Assembly: GCA_946965045.2 (NCBI GenBank)
Contig: OX337233.1
Coordinates: forward strand, 3,782,001 to 3,846,000
Source of the DNA: Epithemia pelagica
Lineage: Eukaryota > Protista > Bacillariophyta
Reading direction: 5' to 3'
Length of the DNA: 64,000 nt
Positions within the stretch are counted from its first letter, which is position 1. Each line of letters opens with the position of its first letter. The position numbers and the translations under genes are program-made. This document shows, in pieces, positions 36,993 to 47,026 of the stretch. Below the pieces are notes generated by a model. That model was not told the origin of the DNA. It worked only from the letters and a program-made list of their open reading frames with translations, and searched no databases.

Positions 36993-38327
36993 CTACCCGT
37001 TACGTTTAGACCATGCAAGTTCAATCAGGTCGCCTTTTAGGGATATTTTTTGTTGCGAGTCCTGGATATTCTCCTGCAAATGAGCATGCTGGAGAATGGC
37101 TTGAATTCCACTTCCTCCGACAGCACCAACTTCCTCGGCTGGTGCACCAAACAACGACACGACTTCATCTGTCTCGGCATTGAGCGCCATGTTTTTGCTA
37201 TCGACATCCATCGGATCCGTGCCACGTCCATGCTCGACACACATGTTGTGTAGGATAATACAACAATCCAACACATCTCCAATTTTTGATCGGGTCCAGA
37301 ACCGCAGAGGTCGCTTGAGAATATGGAACCTCTTAACCAGAACACCAAAACAGCGTTCAATGTCTTTACGGACGGCTTCTTGACATGATGAAAAATACTT
37401 GAGCTTTTCTTCATCAGAGCCCTGACAGGAATCAATGAAAATGGACCAGTCTGGATAGATACCATCCACCAAGAAGTACATGTAGTCTCTCCAATTTGGT
37501 CCTATCTTGTATGGAGTGGGACATGAAAAATCAAAGGAGCCATTCACCATTGCGCCAACTATGGAACTCTTATCCAGAATGTTTATGTCGTTCAAAGTCC
37601 CTGGTTGCCCAAAAAAGAAAAACCAAATGTACAAGTCAGGATCACAAATTGCGCTCAATACAAGAGTATTGACACCCTCCTTTCCACGGAATTGCCTTTC
37701 CCAAGCTTTAGGACAGTTTTCCCAATTGAAATGCTTGCAATCCCATGACGCAAAGCAACCTGGGAAGTTACGAGCAGCATTTTTCTTCAACGCGTGCTCC
37801 TTTTCCGAAGACGTAGGTTGGCGATTTAAATAGTCTTTGGCAAAATGTTGTTTGATAAGGGATAAGAATTGCTCAAAGGATTCATGTAAGACCGACTCAG
37901 ACAAGCAAAGATTTTCATCTTCCCTGTCATCAGCATCCCCATAAGCAATCTTCCGAAAGCAAGCCACAAGACGCACAAGTGGGTTGATCCCAGGACGTCC
38001 ATCAAGCATGTAATGTTGCGTGAAGCAACCACTACCATAAAGTTGGTTGTATATCTGATTGAAAACTGCGCGGGGTAATCGGAACCGACGCTCAAAGTCT
38101 GCCTCGTCGTAGATGGAGTTTTCTCCATCAAAGTAATTGCGCACCAATCGCTTGTACGCTTCGTCAAAGTCACGACTCTTGTTTGGTACCTTTCCTTTAG
38201 GCGAACCACCATGTTGGGTGCTAGTATGTTGTTCCAGGAGGTCAGATGCAACTGTAGAAGCTACACCAATGTCAACATCTGCCTCCTGTTGGAGCAGCTC
38301 CAACAGTTCATCCAACGAGTCCTCCAT
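36993..38327 (-). CDS. Harbinger DDE transposase (444 aa)
   Basis: FERRFRL, ASWDCKHFNWENCP, GTLNDINILD, LVDGIYP, RKDIERCFGVL, CIILHNM; putative D, D and E catalytic residues intact. Confidence 0.92.
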   Translation of the reverse strand: MEDSLDELLELLQQEADVDIGVASTVASDLLEQHTSTQHGGSPKGKVPNKSRDFDEAYKRLVRNYFDGENSIYDEADFERRFRLPRAVFNQIYNQLYGSGCFTQHYMLDGRPGINPLVRLVACFRKIAYGDADDREDENLCLSESVLHESFEQFLSLIKQHFAKDYLNRQPTSSEKEHALKKNAARNFPGCFASWDCKHFNWENCPKAWERQFRGKEGVNTLVLSAICDPDLYIWFFFFGQPGTLNDINILDKSSIVGAMVNGSFDFSCPTPYKIGPNWRDYMYFLVDGIYPDWSIFIDSCQGSDEEKLKYFSSCQEAVRKDIERCFGVLVKRFHILKRPLRFWTRSKIGDVLDCCIILHNMCVEHGRGTDPMDVDSKNMALNAETDEVVSLFGAPAEEVGAVGGSGIQAILQHAHLQENIQDSQQKISLKGDLIELAWSKRNG

Positions 38328-38610
38328 CTTTTTTGAGCAAACTTTGGTTTGTTCTTGCTGACTATTGTTTGATGACCCCTCTCCCCTCTCATTCTTTAAC
38401 CGAAACAAGATAGGGCATATGTGAATTTGCAAATGCCTTATCAATAGCGGCACTATTGTATAACGGAGATCGTGGAGTTCATTTCCTCTTGGCTCCGCTA
38501 ACCCGCTATCCGGATAGCGAGGCCAATCAGAAAGCTCGAATACGTCAGCATAGCGGCGCTCGGGTGGAGATAGCCTTATGGTCTTGTTTTTGTTAGGGTC
38601 GCTTCACCGG

Positions 38611-39374
38611 GTAGTATAATTACTTCCCGGTGTCGAGTCCTTTCAAGGAGGGACCGCCCGGCGCGAAGGGTAGAATGGTCGAGGAGGGCATGCGCCCTCC
38701 TCGACCATTGCCCGTCGAGTCATTCTCCCGACAAGCCGGGCGCGCCCGACGCGGGAGGACGGCCAGACACAGGGAAGTAATTATTTGCTTACACTCCCTA
38801 TCAAGAGCTGTGTAGGTAGTGAGAACTTCCTCTAAGACGTGTCACACAGTTGTCACACATGTGTCACACAAATGTCACACACCAGGTAGGAAACCGCGCG
38901 GCCAGCACGAAAACCCTGAACACTACTTCCCAATCGTACAATAAATTCTTACTGTAGTATAAAAATGTGAGACGAAGTCTGGCCCAGACTGTCATTGACG
39001 TCCTAACTCCATACCAGACTGTGTGGGTAGTTCGTCTCATATTTTTATACTAGAGTAGGAATTTTTTGTACGACCGGGAAGTAGTTTCGTGCGAGTCGCG
39101 CGGTTTCCCTTTCGTGTGTGACACTTGTGTGACACTTGTGTGACACATTGTGACATGGCTTTCAGGAATTTCCCACTACCTAAAGTTTACTACTTCCCTC
39201 TGTCTGGCCGTCCTCTCGCGTCTGGCGCGCCCGGCTTGTCGGGAGAATGACTCGACGGGCAATTATCTTGTCGGGCGTGCGCCCTCCTCGACCATTGCCC
39301 TCCTCGTCAATCGACCCTCCGCGCCGGGCGGTCCCTCCTTGAAAGGACTCGACACCAGGAAGTATTAATACTAC
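38611..39374. mobile_element. Non-coding 764-bp foldback/MITE-like element with ~350-bp imperfect inverted arms
   Basis: Left end gtagtataattacttcccggtgtcgagtcctttcaaggagggaccgcccggcgcg is the near-exact reverse complement of the right end. Arms continue to ~38976 and ~39031. No TSD found. Confidence 0.8.
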
Positions 39375-39551
39375 TTATCGAATTGCATCGGGAATAGCTA
39401 TCTTCTGTACCAATCTGTGTACAATCGGTCGCTGGTAGTCACATTAATTTCATTCAAAGGACTTGCACGACATGGAATGTCGTATCAAAATTGGGATATG
39501 GAACAATATGCTCCGGGTCTGCTTCCAATATTTTTCCTTCCTTTGAAGACT

Positions 39552-39723
39552 ACAATGACGTTGGGCCACGCCATCTTTACCTCTCAAGTCTCAGTGCCGA
39601 CAAGCCCGCACTGGAATGGTGTCGTCACACATCGACCACAATGACGTTGGGCCACGCCATCTTTACCTCTCAAGTCTCAATGCCGACAAGCCCGCACTGG
39701 AATGGTGTCGTCACACATCGACC
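39552..39723. repeat. 86-bp tandem duplication (1 mismatch)
   Basis: 39552-39637 versus 39638-39723. Confidence 0.95.
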
Positions 39724-40012
39724 AATCGCATGGCACTGGGCGACGTCCAATTGGTCGCTGAAGCCGTGTTGTTGTGGTGTGGTTCGACCATCCCCAACTC
39801 CTCCGCGAAAATTGATGGCGATTGGCACTGCTCGTATTGCTTCAACTTAGGGATATCAAACACCACTTCTGATGGGTTCATTTTTTCGTGTCTCTCACTT
39901 CGTCAAGGCAAACGATCGCACACGCACAAAAAAGAGACCAGCAGCTCCTTTTTGGATCCACCAACCGCAACATCCACACCGTCTTTTTCATTCTTTGATT
40001 CAAGCTGCAAGC

Positions 40013-41846
40013 ATGGCTCCATTGTCCAACCAAGACGCACGACAACCTCCCAACAATCGGTCCAGTAACATGTCTTCTTCCTCTTCCTCTTCCTCTTCTA
40101 CCCAACGTTCATCCGCGCCAACATCGGCGCTGAAACAAGCTCAAGAGAGGCACCAAGTGTCCTTTGCAGAGGTTGAGGAAGCCAATACGGCCGAGTCCAC
40201 TTCGTTTCAAGACAAGCTTTCGGATGAACCTGAATCTGCTTATTTCGGAGCACCGGTACGTGATGACTAGAACAAAGATATTGAAGAAGTGAGTATTTTG
40301 GGGGGCCATTCGCTGACAATTTTTCTTTGTCATGTTTGATTGAACACTTTAGACCAGTAACTGGAAAAAGTATTCTTCCTACACTTTGCAAGTGGACCCC
40401 AAACAAGATGATAAGGCGACGGAAATTGAGTTGCTTTCCCTCGAACGCCCACACATGCGTGCCTTTCATTGCTCCTGGTGGTGCTTCTTTACAGCCTTTT
40501 TCATTTGGTTCGCCATTGCTCCCCTCTTGTCTGAAATTCGTGATGATTTGGACATTTCCGATGCCGAAGTTTGGACCTCCTCCATTGTTGGTGTGGGTGG
40601 AACCATCTTTATGCGCTTTCTGCTCGGCCCTCTTTGTGACAAGTATGGAGCTCGGATTCTCTTTGCCATTGTCCTCTGTGTGGCCTCCATTCCTACAGCT
40701 TGCACGGGGTTGATTCAAGATGCCACAGATCTGGCCATTTTGCGTCTCTTTATCGGTATTGCCGGTGGTACCTTTGTCATGTGTCAGTATTGGATCTCCA
40801 CCATGTTTGCACGAGAAGTTGTGGGTACCGCTAATGCCTTGGGAGCTGGATGGGGTAATTTGGGTGGAGGTGTGACGCAAATTGTCGTTGGATCCATGCT
40901 GTTTCCTCTCTTCAAGGTGATTTTCGATGGCGATTCGGAGCAATCTTGGCGAACCGTCTGTATTGTGCCCGCTATCATGGCCTTCATCAGTGGCGTTGTG
41001 GTGTACCTGGTATCCGATGATTCTCCCAAGGGACAGTATTGGGAACGCAAGAAGCATAAGAACATGCCCGAAGTGTCGGCCACCAAGTCCTTTAAGCAAG
41101 CCTCGTACAATTGGAATACCTGGGTCTTATTTATTCAGTATGCCTGCTGCTGTGGTGTGGAATTGACCATGAACAACGCTGTGGCATTGTACTTTAAGGA
41201 CGAATTCGGACAATCGACGGAATCGGCAGCCGCCATTGCTTCCATCTTTGGTTGGATGAACTTGTTTGCTCGAGGTATGGGTGGTATCTTTTCCGATTAC
41301 GCCAATGCTCAATGGGGCGGCATGGGCGGTCGTATTTTGGTACAAACCTACTTTTTGGCCTTTGAAGGAGTCTTGATTCTCGTCTTTGCCAGTTGCCAAA
41401 CCTTGGCTGGAGCCATTATCATCATGATTGTCTTTTCCCTCTTTGTCCAAGCCGCCGAAGGTTCCAGCTACGGTATTGTCCCCTATGTGGATCCTCCTTG
41501 TACGGGTGCCATTTGCGGTATTGTGGGTGCCGGTGGCAACGTGGGCGCTGTGGGTTTCAGTTTGGGATTCCGTCAAATGTCCTACCGGCCCGCCTTTTTC
41601 ATCATGGGCTTTTCCATCCTCGTGTCGTCCCTCCTTTCTATTTTTATCAAGATTGAAGGTCACTCCACCTTGTTGTCTGGAGGCGACACTCCCGAAGAGC
41701 AAGCAGATGAAAAGGTGGAAGAACAACGACAAAAGGGAGTTGCACACTTTTTGCATTTGCGACTTCCCTGGCGCAAGGAAGCCGCCGCCAAGGCCAAGGC
41801 GGAAGCCGCTGCAGCGGCCAATGGCGAAGAGATCCCATCATCCTAA
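40013..41846 (+). CDS. NRT2: High-affinity nitrate transporter (NNP/NRT2 family, MFS), ~578 aa
   Basis: Exon 1 40013-40255, intron 40256-40352 (gtacgt...tag), exon 2 40353-41846; RPHMRAFH, nitrate signatures AGWGNLGGG and FGWMNLFARGMGG. Alternative start at 40070. Confidence 0.95.
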
Positions 41847-41990
41847 AAATGACATGGACCCACGGATGCTTTTGCGCCTTGTCTCAACCACTTTCGCCAA
41901 GGGTGTTTGGCAGACGACTGTGGCCATAAGGTAAACCGAGAACGGGAGAGAGGGTTTGTTGTCACAGGTCTACATAGTCGACGATGTGGA

Positions 41991-42110
41991 CAATGTGCAC
42001 CCATTGCTCAAAGTTACAGGCAGTGGTGACTACCGACCCAAGCTATATTACAATGTGCACCCATTGCTCAAAGTTACAGGCAGTGGTGACTACCGACCCA
42101 AGCTATATTA
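41991..42110. repeat. Perfect 60-bp tandem duplication 3' of NRT2
   Basis: 41991-42050 is identical to 42051-42110. Confidence 0.97.
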
Positions 42111-43076
42111 CCCGTCTTTCTATTGTACCATTTCCATATTTTTGTGGGTTGTCTTCTGGGGGCAAGCAAGAAAATGATCCACACTTGTACTGACATACTT
42201 CACATAACTACATGAGGAGTATGCGAGACTCCTCGTAACTCCCAAAGTGATAGATTCTCAACTTTAGAAAATATCATCTTTCTTTCGACAATCGTTTCTT
42301 GGCCATGGCCACAATTTGGGACTATCTACTCCTAGGAGTAGTTGTCCTAGGAGTACCTCACACTCACACATCTTCATAGCCGGGGTAGATAGACAATCGT
42401 TGCAAAGGCGACAGGCGACTCATGACTCGCCTTACGTACGTGAAATGCGGAATGCGGGCTCCTTTTCCTTTTGTGCCGCACGTGACATCTGCCGAGTATA
42501 TGACCGTGCCAAAGTTATGCCCACCCATTCCATTGCCTAATGACTGAAGTGATTGACCATGCCTCAATTATGCCCATCCACTGAGAAGTTATAATGGCTG
42601 ATGAGTGACCATGCCCAACTAGTGCCCAGACCTCACCCATCCGAAAATCCTCGTTAAATGACGAAATTGACAGTTGACAGTTGACAGTGCCTAAAATAAT
42701 AATACGAGTATGACCACTTCCACTTTCTTTCAGGCGCCTTAAAATGAAAGTACTCGTAAGAGTACGAACTACGAGTACACGTACAACACAAAGAAGTTGA
42801 CACAGAAACCGTGTGAACCCATTCCTCTTCCCTCTTCCCCCTAGCATCCATCCAGTATCCAATAAGTATATCTAGAGTTGCCCCAAAATCCAAAATCCCT
42901 GCCAAGAATGCAAGAATGTCAGATGCAGATTGGTCAAAGAATTATCCCCTACCCAACCAGTTTTGTCTCGACAGATACGAAATCTCTATGAATAAAAAAT
43001 GCTCCTATTCGTAGTGATCGATGAGATTGTCTCACAAAATTAGTCGAACGACGAAAGAGCACCAACAACAGTAAAA

Positions 43077-44237
43077 ATGGTTCGATGGTCTCAATCTCGT
43101 TCGACAATGTCATTTCGGTATCGTTGTCTGTGCTTCGTCACAGTGAGCATAATATCAACCCTTACGCTTTTCATTGATTTGTGTACCTTGCCCCAAGCAA
43201 ACTACTCCGTCGACAGTGTTTCGATGGAACAAGAGCCCAACGCAACTCCCCCCTTGTCCTCATCGTTACCTCCCCCGTCCGTCTCGTCATGGTTTGGTAA
43301 GCCCCCAACGGATGAAGAACGACAAGCCAAGTGGCGCTATATGCAAGAGCAGGAAGCCAACAATACAAAAGAGTGGAGACGATTGCGTAAATGGGAAATC
43401 AAACAAGGTGTTCAACGCATCTACTACATCAATTTGGACAAGAACTTTGGTCGTCGTCAGCAAATGGAGAATGCCTTGCAACAGGTCCAGCCTCCGATTC
43501 CGTACTATCGATTTGCCGCTCTCACCGGCACCTTGGATGGTTCTCAATGCGTCAAGGGGAAGCAAGACTCGGCATGGTGTCGTGGCATTTCCGGTTTGTC
43601 GGACACGAATCGTCGTCTCTTGGAAACGCAAAACATGTCTGGTGGCTTGACCATGATATTGGAGGACGATTATGTGCTTGCGCCGAATCGGACACTATGG
43701 GAAGCCGCCATTCAACTGGTACCCGACGACAATTGGGATGTCATTCGGTTCATGCTGAAAAACCCCAATAGCATGTTTCCTCAAGTTACTCCTCGAAGGG
43801 GTGTGGCACCCTGGGACTTCAACAAGACAATGGAGGAGAATGTCCGAAAGCCAGCACCTCCTCCTGTGTATCGATACACCAAGCCCAAACGCAAGAACAC
43901 GGAAGGTGATATCTGCCAAGGAACGCATGTACAGATCTGGCGAGAATCGTCCTTGTACAAGCTGCATCGGTTGTGGAGTCGCCGTCCGTACGAGGATATC
44001 GATTGTGCCTTTACCATGGCCAAGCCGGCGATCCGATCCTATGTCGTGGGTGTGTTTGGAGACCACGATTCCGTGGAATACTTGGGAGACATTATCAAGC
44101 CACCCAATGAAGACACTGACATTCCGAAACAGGACCACCAACTCCAAAAGAATAATTTCGTTCTTGTGAAAAGAGCCGATATGAAACGTCTTCCCAAAAA
44201 CGCCAAGGGACTCTTCTTCCGACAGCAAAGAGGTTGA
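43077..44237 (+). CDS. Type II membrane glycosyltransferase, GT25-like (386 aa)
   Basis: N-terminal TM helix; IYYINLDKN..RR..M, YRFAA, MILEDD motifs of GT25/LPS-biosynthesis enzymes. Confidence 0.75.
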   Translation: MVRWSQSRSTMSFRYRCLCFVTVSIISTLTLFIDLCTLPQANYSVDSVSMEQEPNATPPLSSSLPPPSVSSWFGKPPTDEERQAKWRYMQEQEANNTKEWRRLRKWEIKQGVQRIYYINLDKNFGRRQQMENALQQVQPPIPYYRFAALTGTLDGSQCVKGKQDSAWCRGISGLSDTNRRLLETQNMSGGLTMILEDDYVLAPNRTLWEAAIQLVPDDNWDVIRFMLKNPNSMFPQVTPRRGVAPWDFNKTMEENVRKPAPPPVYRYTKPKRKNTEGDICQGTHVQIWRESSLYKLHRLWSRRPYEDIDCAFTMAKPAIRSYVVGVFGDHDSVEYLGDIIKPPNEDTDIPKQDHQLQKNNFVLVKRADMKRLPKNAKGLFFRQQRG

Positions 44238-45310
44238 TTCCCTTCGCAACAGCAGTCTGTCCAATACAGTTTTACAATATTTTTAAGCTTTACAAAGTTA
44301 GTATCAAGTCATGACGCTTCATCTTGAAACTTTTAGACGAGTCTAATGCGTACTGGTCCATGAATGCTGTAGTACAGGACTCGAGGACGAAGTTTATTGC
44401 ACTGACTGCTATAGATCTGTCGAAGCACAGAAAGTGGTCGGTCTCTTTGTCATGTTTCTGTCCTGTTTCCTGACCCGATTGTAGAACCACAGGAATAGTA
44501 CTACTACTTCTTTATCGCCTTGTTGTTGTTGGTCTGGACCAATGCCGCCCTACCTGGAAGAATCATACAGATTCCTCCAGATAAATGACAAATAACGTTC
44601 TATTAGTAGCATGGCCACACACGTTTTGTTGGTATTTTTGTTCCGACAAAAAAGTCCCTCCTACTCTTGTCCCTCTCCACTCTGCTCCTTTGCCATTGGG
44701 TGCCTCTTCTGGAGCCAAACTCAAACTGGCTTTTGTCCGAGAGTGATGGAGCAAAATTCTTTGTTTTTGGTTTTTCGAAATACAGATTCACTGTAGTTGG
44801 TTCAGACCACTGTTACCCTATTCACAAGACCAGAAACAATACTACTGTGATTCCTCCAGATGAGTGAGAAACGTTCTAGGTGGTAACATGTCCACACGCT
44901 TTTGGTTGGTAGTATTGTTCCGGTCTTGGTGTTGTGAATCCTTGCCGCCAGACGTACAAGCACACACACACATCTCTGTCTTGTAGGACTAGCTAGCTCC
45001 ATAGCTAGAGTAGCAGTTGCGGGTCAAACTGAATCCTATTCCACATATGGTTGAGACCGCGATCCAACGGACAGGAGAACCTACGGACCGTGCCGGACGC
45101 GCCAAACTCCTATTGCTCCCACGACTGCTTGTCGAAACTCACGACGGGACTATGATGGCGAGGAGGTTGGTGTGAGAAAGTCGCTGTTTGTGGCCAAGCA
45201 AGTCAGGTCGATGGAAGGATCCTTCTCTTTGTTCCAGAACGTACTCGCAACAAGCCGGGAACAGGGATTATCACAACGAAACGCCTGAGATCCATTCTGA
45301 AAGATAGTGC

Positions 45311-45594
45311 AGAGTGATTTGCTTGCTGCATAACACACCAAGAACCGCAGTTTTTACAAGAAGGACCCATGGTGATAACACAACACCGAACAATTGCTTG
45401 TCCGAGAGTGACAACAAGATTTTTTGTTTTTGGAAAAAATGGGACAAAATATAGAGTGATTTGCTTTGCTGGATAACACCAAGAACCGCAGTTTTTACAA
45501 GGAGGACCCATGGTGATAACACAACAACAAAGAACAATTGCGTGTTGTCCTAGAGTGACAGCAAAATTTGGTTTTGGAAAAAATGGGACAAAAT
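45311..45594. repeat. ~142-bp diverged tandem duplication
   Basis: 45311-45450 versus 45453-45594; a related fragment lies at 44733-44780. Confidence 0.85.
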
Positions 45595-46076
45595 TGATAC
45601 AGTCTCGTAATGACTGACCTGGTGCGCGCGAATGACTGCGCGTGTGGGTGGCCTGGCGCTCATTTTGGGCATGGTAGCAGTGGTAGCAATGGGCTAGATA
45701 GAGGCCATGACACATGACACTGCGACACGATGAATCTTCAGGAAGATTCTTCGCCTTGGAGTCCACATCAGTGAGTGACGACGACCAAGCGACTGCGACT
45801 CCAAACAATAACAGACATGAATCATCCCTCCAGAGAAAAAGTGACGGATGAATCCATGAATCATCCACAACATGATGCCTGACTCCTCACTCACCGAACA
45901 AACGAAACCAATTAGTTGTGGCTCGTAGGTACGTACGTGCCGACGATTGTAAAGCGCAGATACCTTTTCTCGTTTCCTCGCTCGTTGATCTCTCACCACA
46001 AATTCTGTCTCGAACCGACGACACCCAACGACAACCACACAAGTACAACCACCTTTCTAGTATCATCATCATCACC

Positions 46077-46721
46077 ATGGCGCAACCATTACGATCAAGC
46101 TGGACGTTCTTGGCCCTCATTGCCACCACCTGCATGACCTTTTCCCACGTGCAAGCCTTTACCAGTATTGCACCGCCCTCGTCGTCGTCGAGTTCGACGC
46201 GTCGTTTCCTGTCCGAGGCGGTCGCCGAAGCACCCACTGAAGAAGCCGTTGAGGTGGAAGAAGAGGAAACGGCGGAACCGGCGGCTCCTGTTCCTGAACC
46301 AACGGGTTTGACCATGAAACTGGTGCGCAAGAGTATTGACGACTTGACGGCCGACAATTTTGCGTCGACGTTGGAAACACTGGAACCCTTTTTCTTGTAC
46401 GAGGCTGGTACCAGTATTTATTCCAAATCCATGCGTCGCATTGGTAACAAGGCCAAGGAGCTGGACGTGACGGTCCCGACGGACTATGCCAAGGCCGCCA
46501 AGTGCGTGGCCAAACGTCGGGAAAAACAAGACGCCTTTATTGCCGTCAAGGAACAAGAACGAATGGACCGAGAAGCTGAAGAACGAGAAGCTGCCGAAGC
46601 GGCTGCGGCGGAAGCTGCTGCGGCGGCAGAAGCAGCAGCAGCTGCAGAAGCCGAAGCTGTCGAAGAACCAGCCGAAGAAGAAGAGGCTGCTCCGGTCGAA
46701 GAAGAAGCCGTGGCTGCCTAA
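46077..46721 (+). CDS. Probable plastid-targeted protein of unknown function (214 aa) with A/E-rich tail
   Basis: Signal peptide ending VQA-F (bipartite presequence pattern), Ser-rich transit segment, helical core, EAAAA C-terminus. Confidence 0.75.
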   Translation: MAQPLRSSWTFLALIATTCMTFSHVQAFTSIAPPSSSSSSTRRFLSEAVAEAPTEEAVEVEEEETAEPAAPVPEPTGLTMKLVRKSIDDLTADNFASTLETLEPFFLYEAGTSIYSKSMRRIGNKAKELDVTVPTDYAKAAKCVAKRREKQDAFIAVKEQERMDREAEEREAAEAAAAEAAAAAEAAAAAEAEAVEEPAEEEEAAPVEEEAVAA

Positions 46722-46745
46722 GCTGTGAGTGTGTAGTTATGATAG

Positions 46746-47006
46746 GTCTCTATAGGAGAGAGGGATCATGTCGTAATCTATCGCGTGGCTACCAAAACTG
46801 TGCGTTTGTAGGAATAATAATGTCTCTACAGAGAGCAACACATACGTCGTAATCTAGAGTGGTTTCCGAAACTGTGAGTTTGTAGTAATAAGATATGTCT
46901 CTATGAGAGAGGGATCATGTCGTAATTCATCGCGTGGTTACCTAAACTGTGCGTTTGTAGGAATAAAAATGTCTCTATAGAGAAGAACGAATACGTCGTA
47001 ATCTAG
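46746..47006. repeat. Higher-order A-B-A-B repeat of ~75-bp monomers
   Basis: gtctcta starts at 46746, 46822, 46897 and 46971; monomers 1/3 and 2/4 are more alike than adjacent monomers. Confidence 0.85.
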
Positions 47007-47026
47007 TGTCAGCCATTTTCTCAGAA

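Larger units (their letters stand above)
35565..38575. mobile_element. Full-length PIF/Harbinger DNA transposon (3011 bp)
   Basis: TIR GGCTATCTCCACCCG at 35565 and its reverse complement ending at 38575; TTA target-site duplication at 35562-35564 and 38576-38578; 11 subterminal CCGCTA/TAGCGG motifs; two intact convergent ORFs. Confidence 0.95.

Noticed and set aside
38600-39385. Target-site duplication for the foldback element
   Set aside because: Flanks (gcttcaccgg / ttatcgaatt) share no 2-10-bp direct repeat, so no superfamily was assigned.
39760-39880. DGDWHCSYC as a RanBP2-type zinc finger
   Set aside because: The second CxxC pair and conserved Asn spacing are absent.
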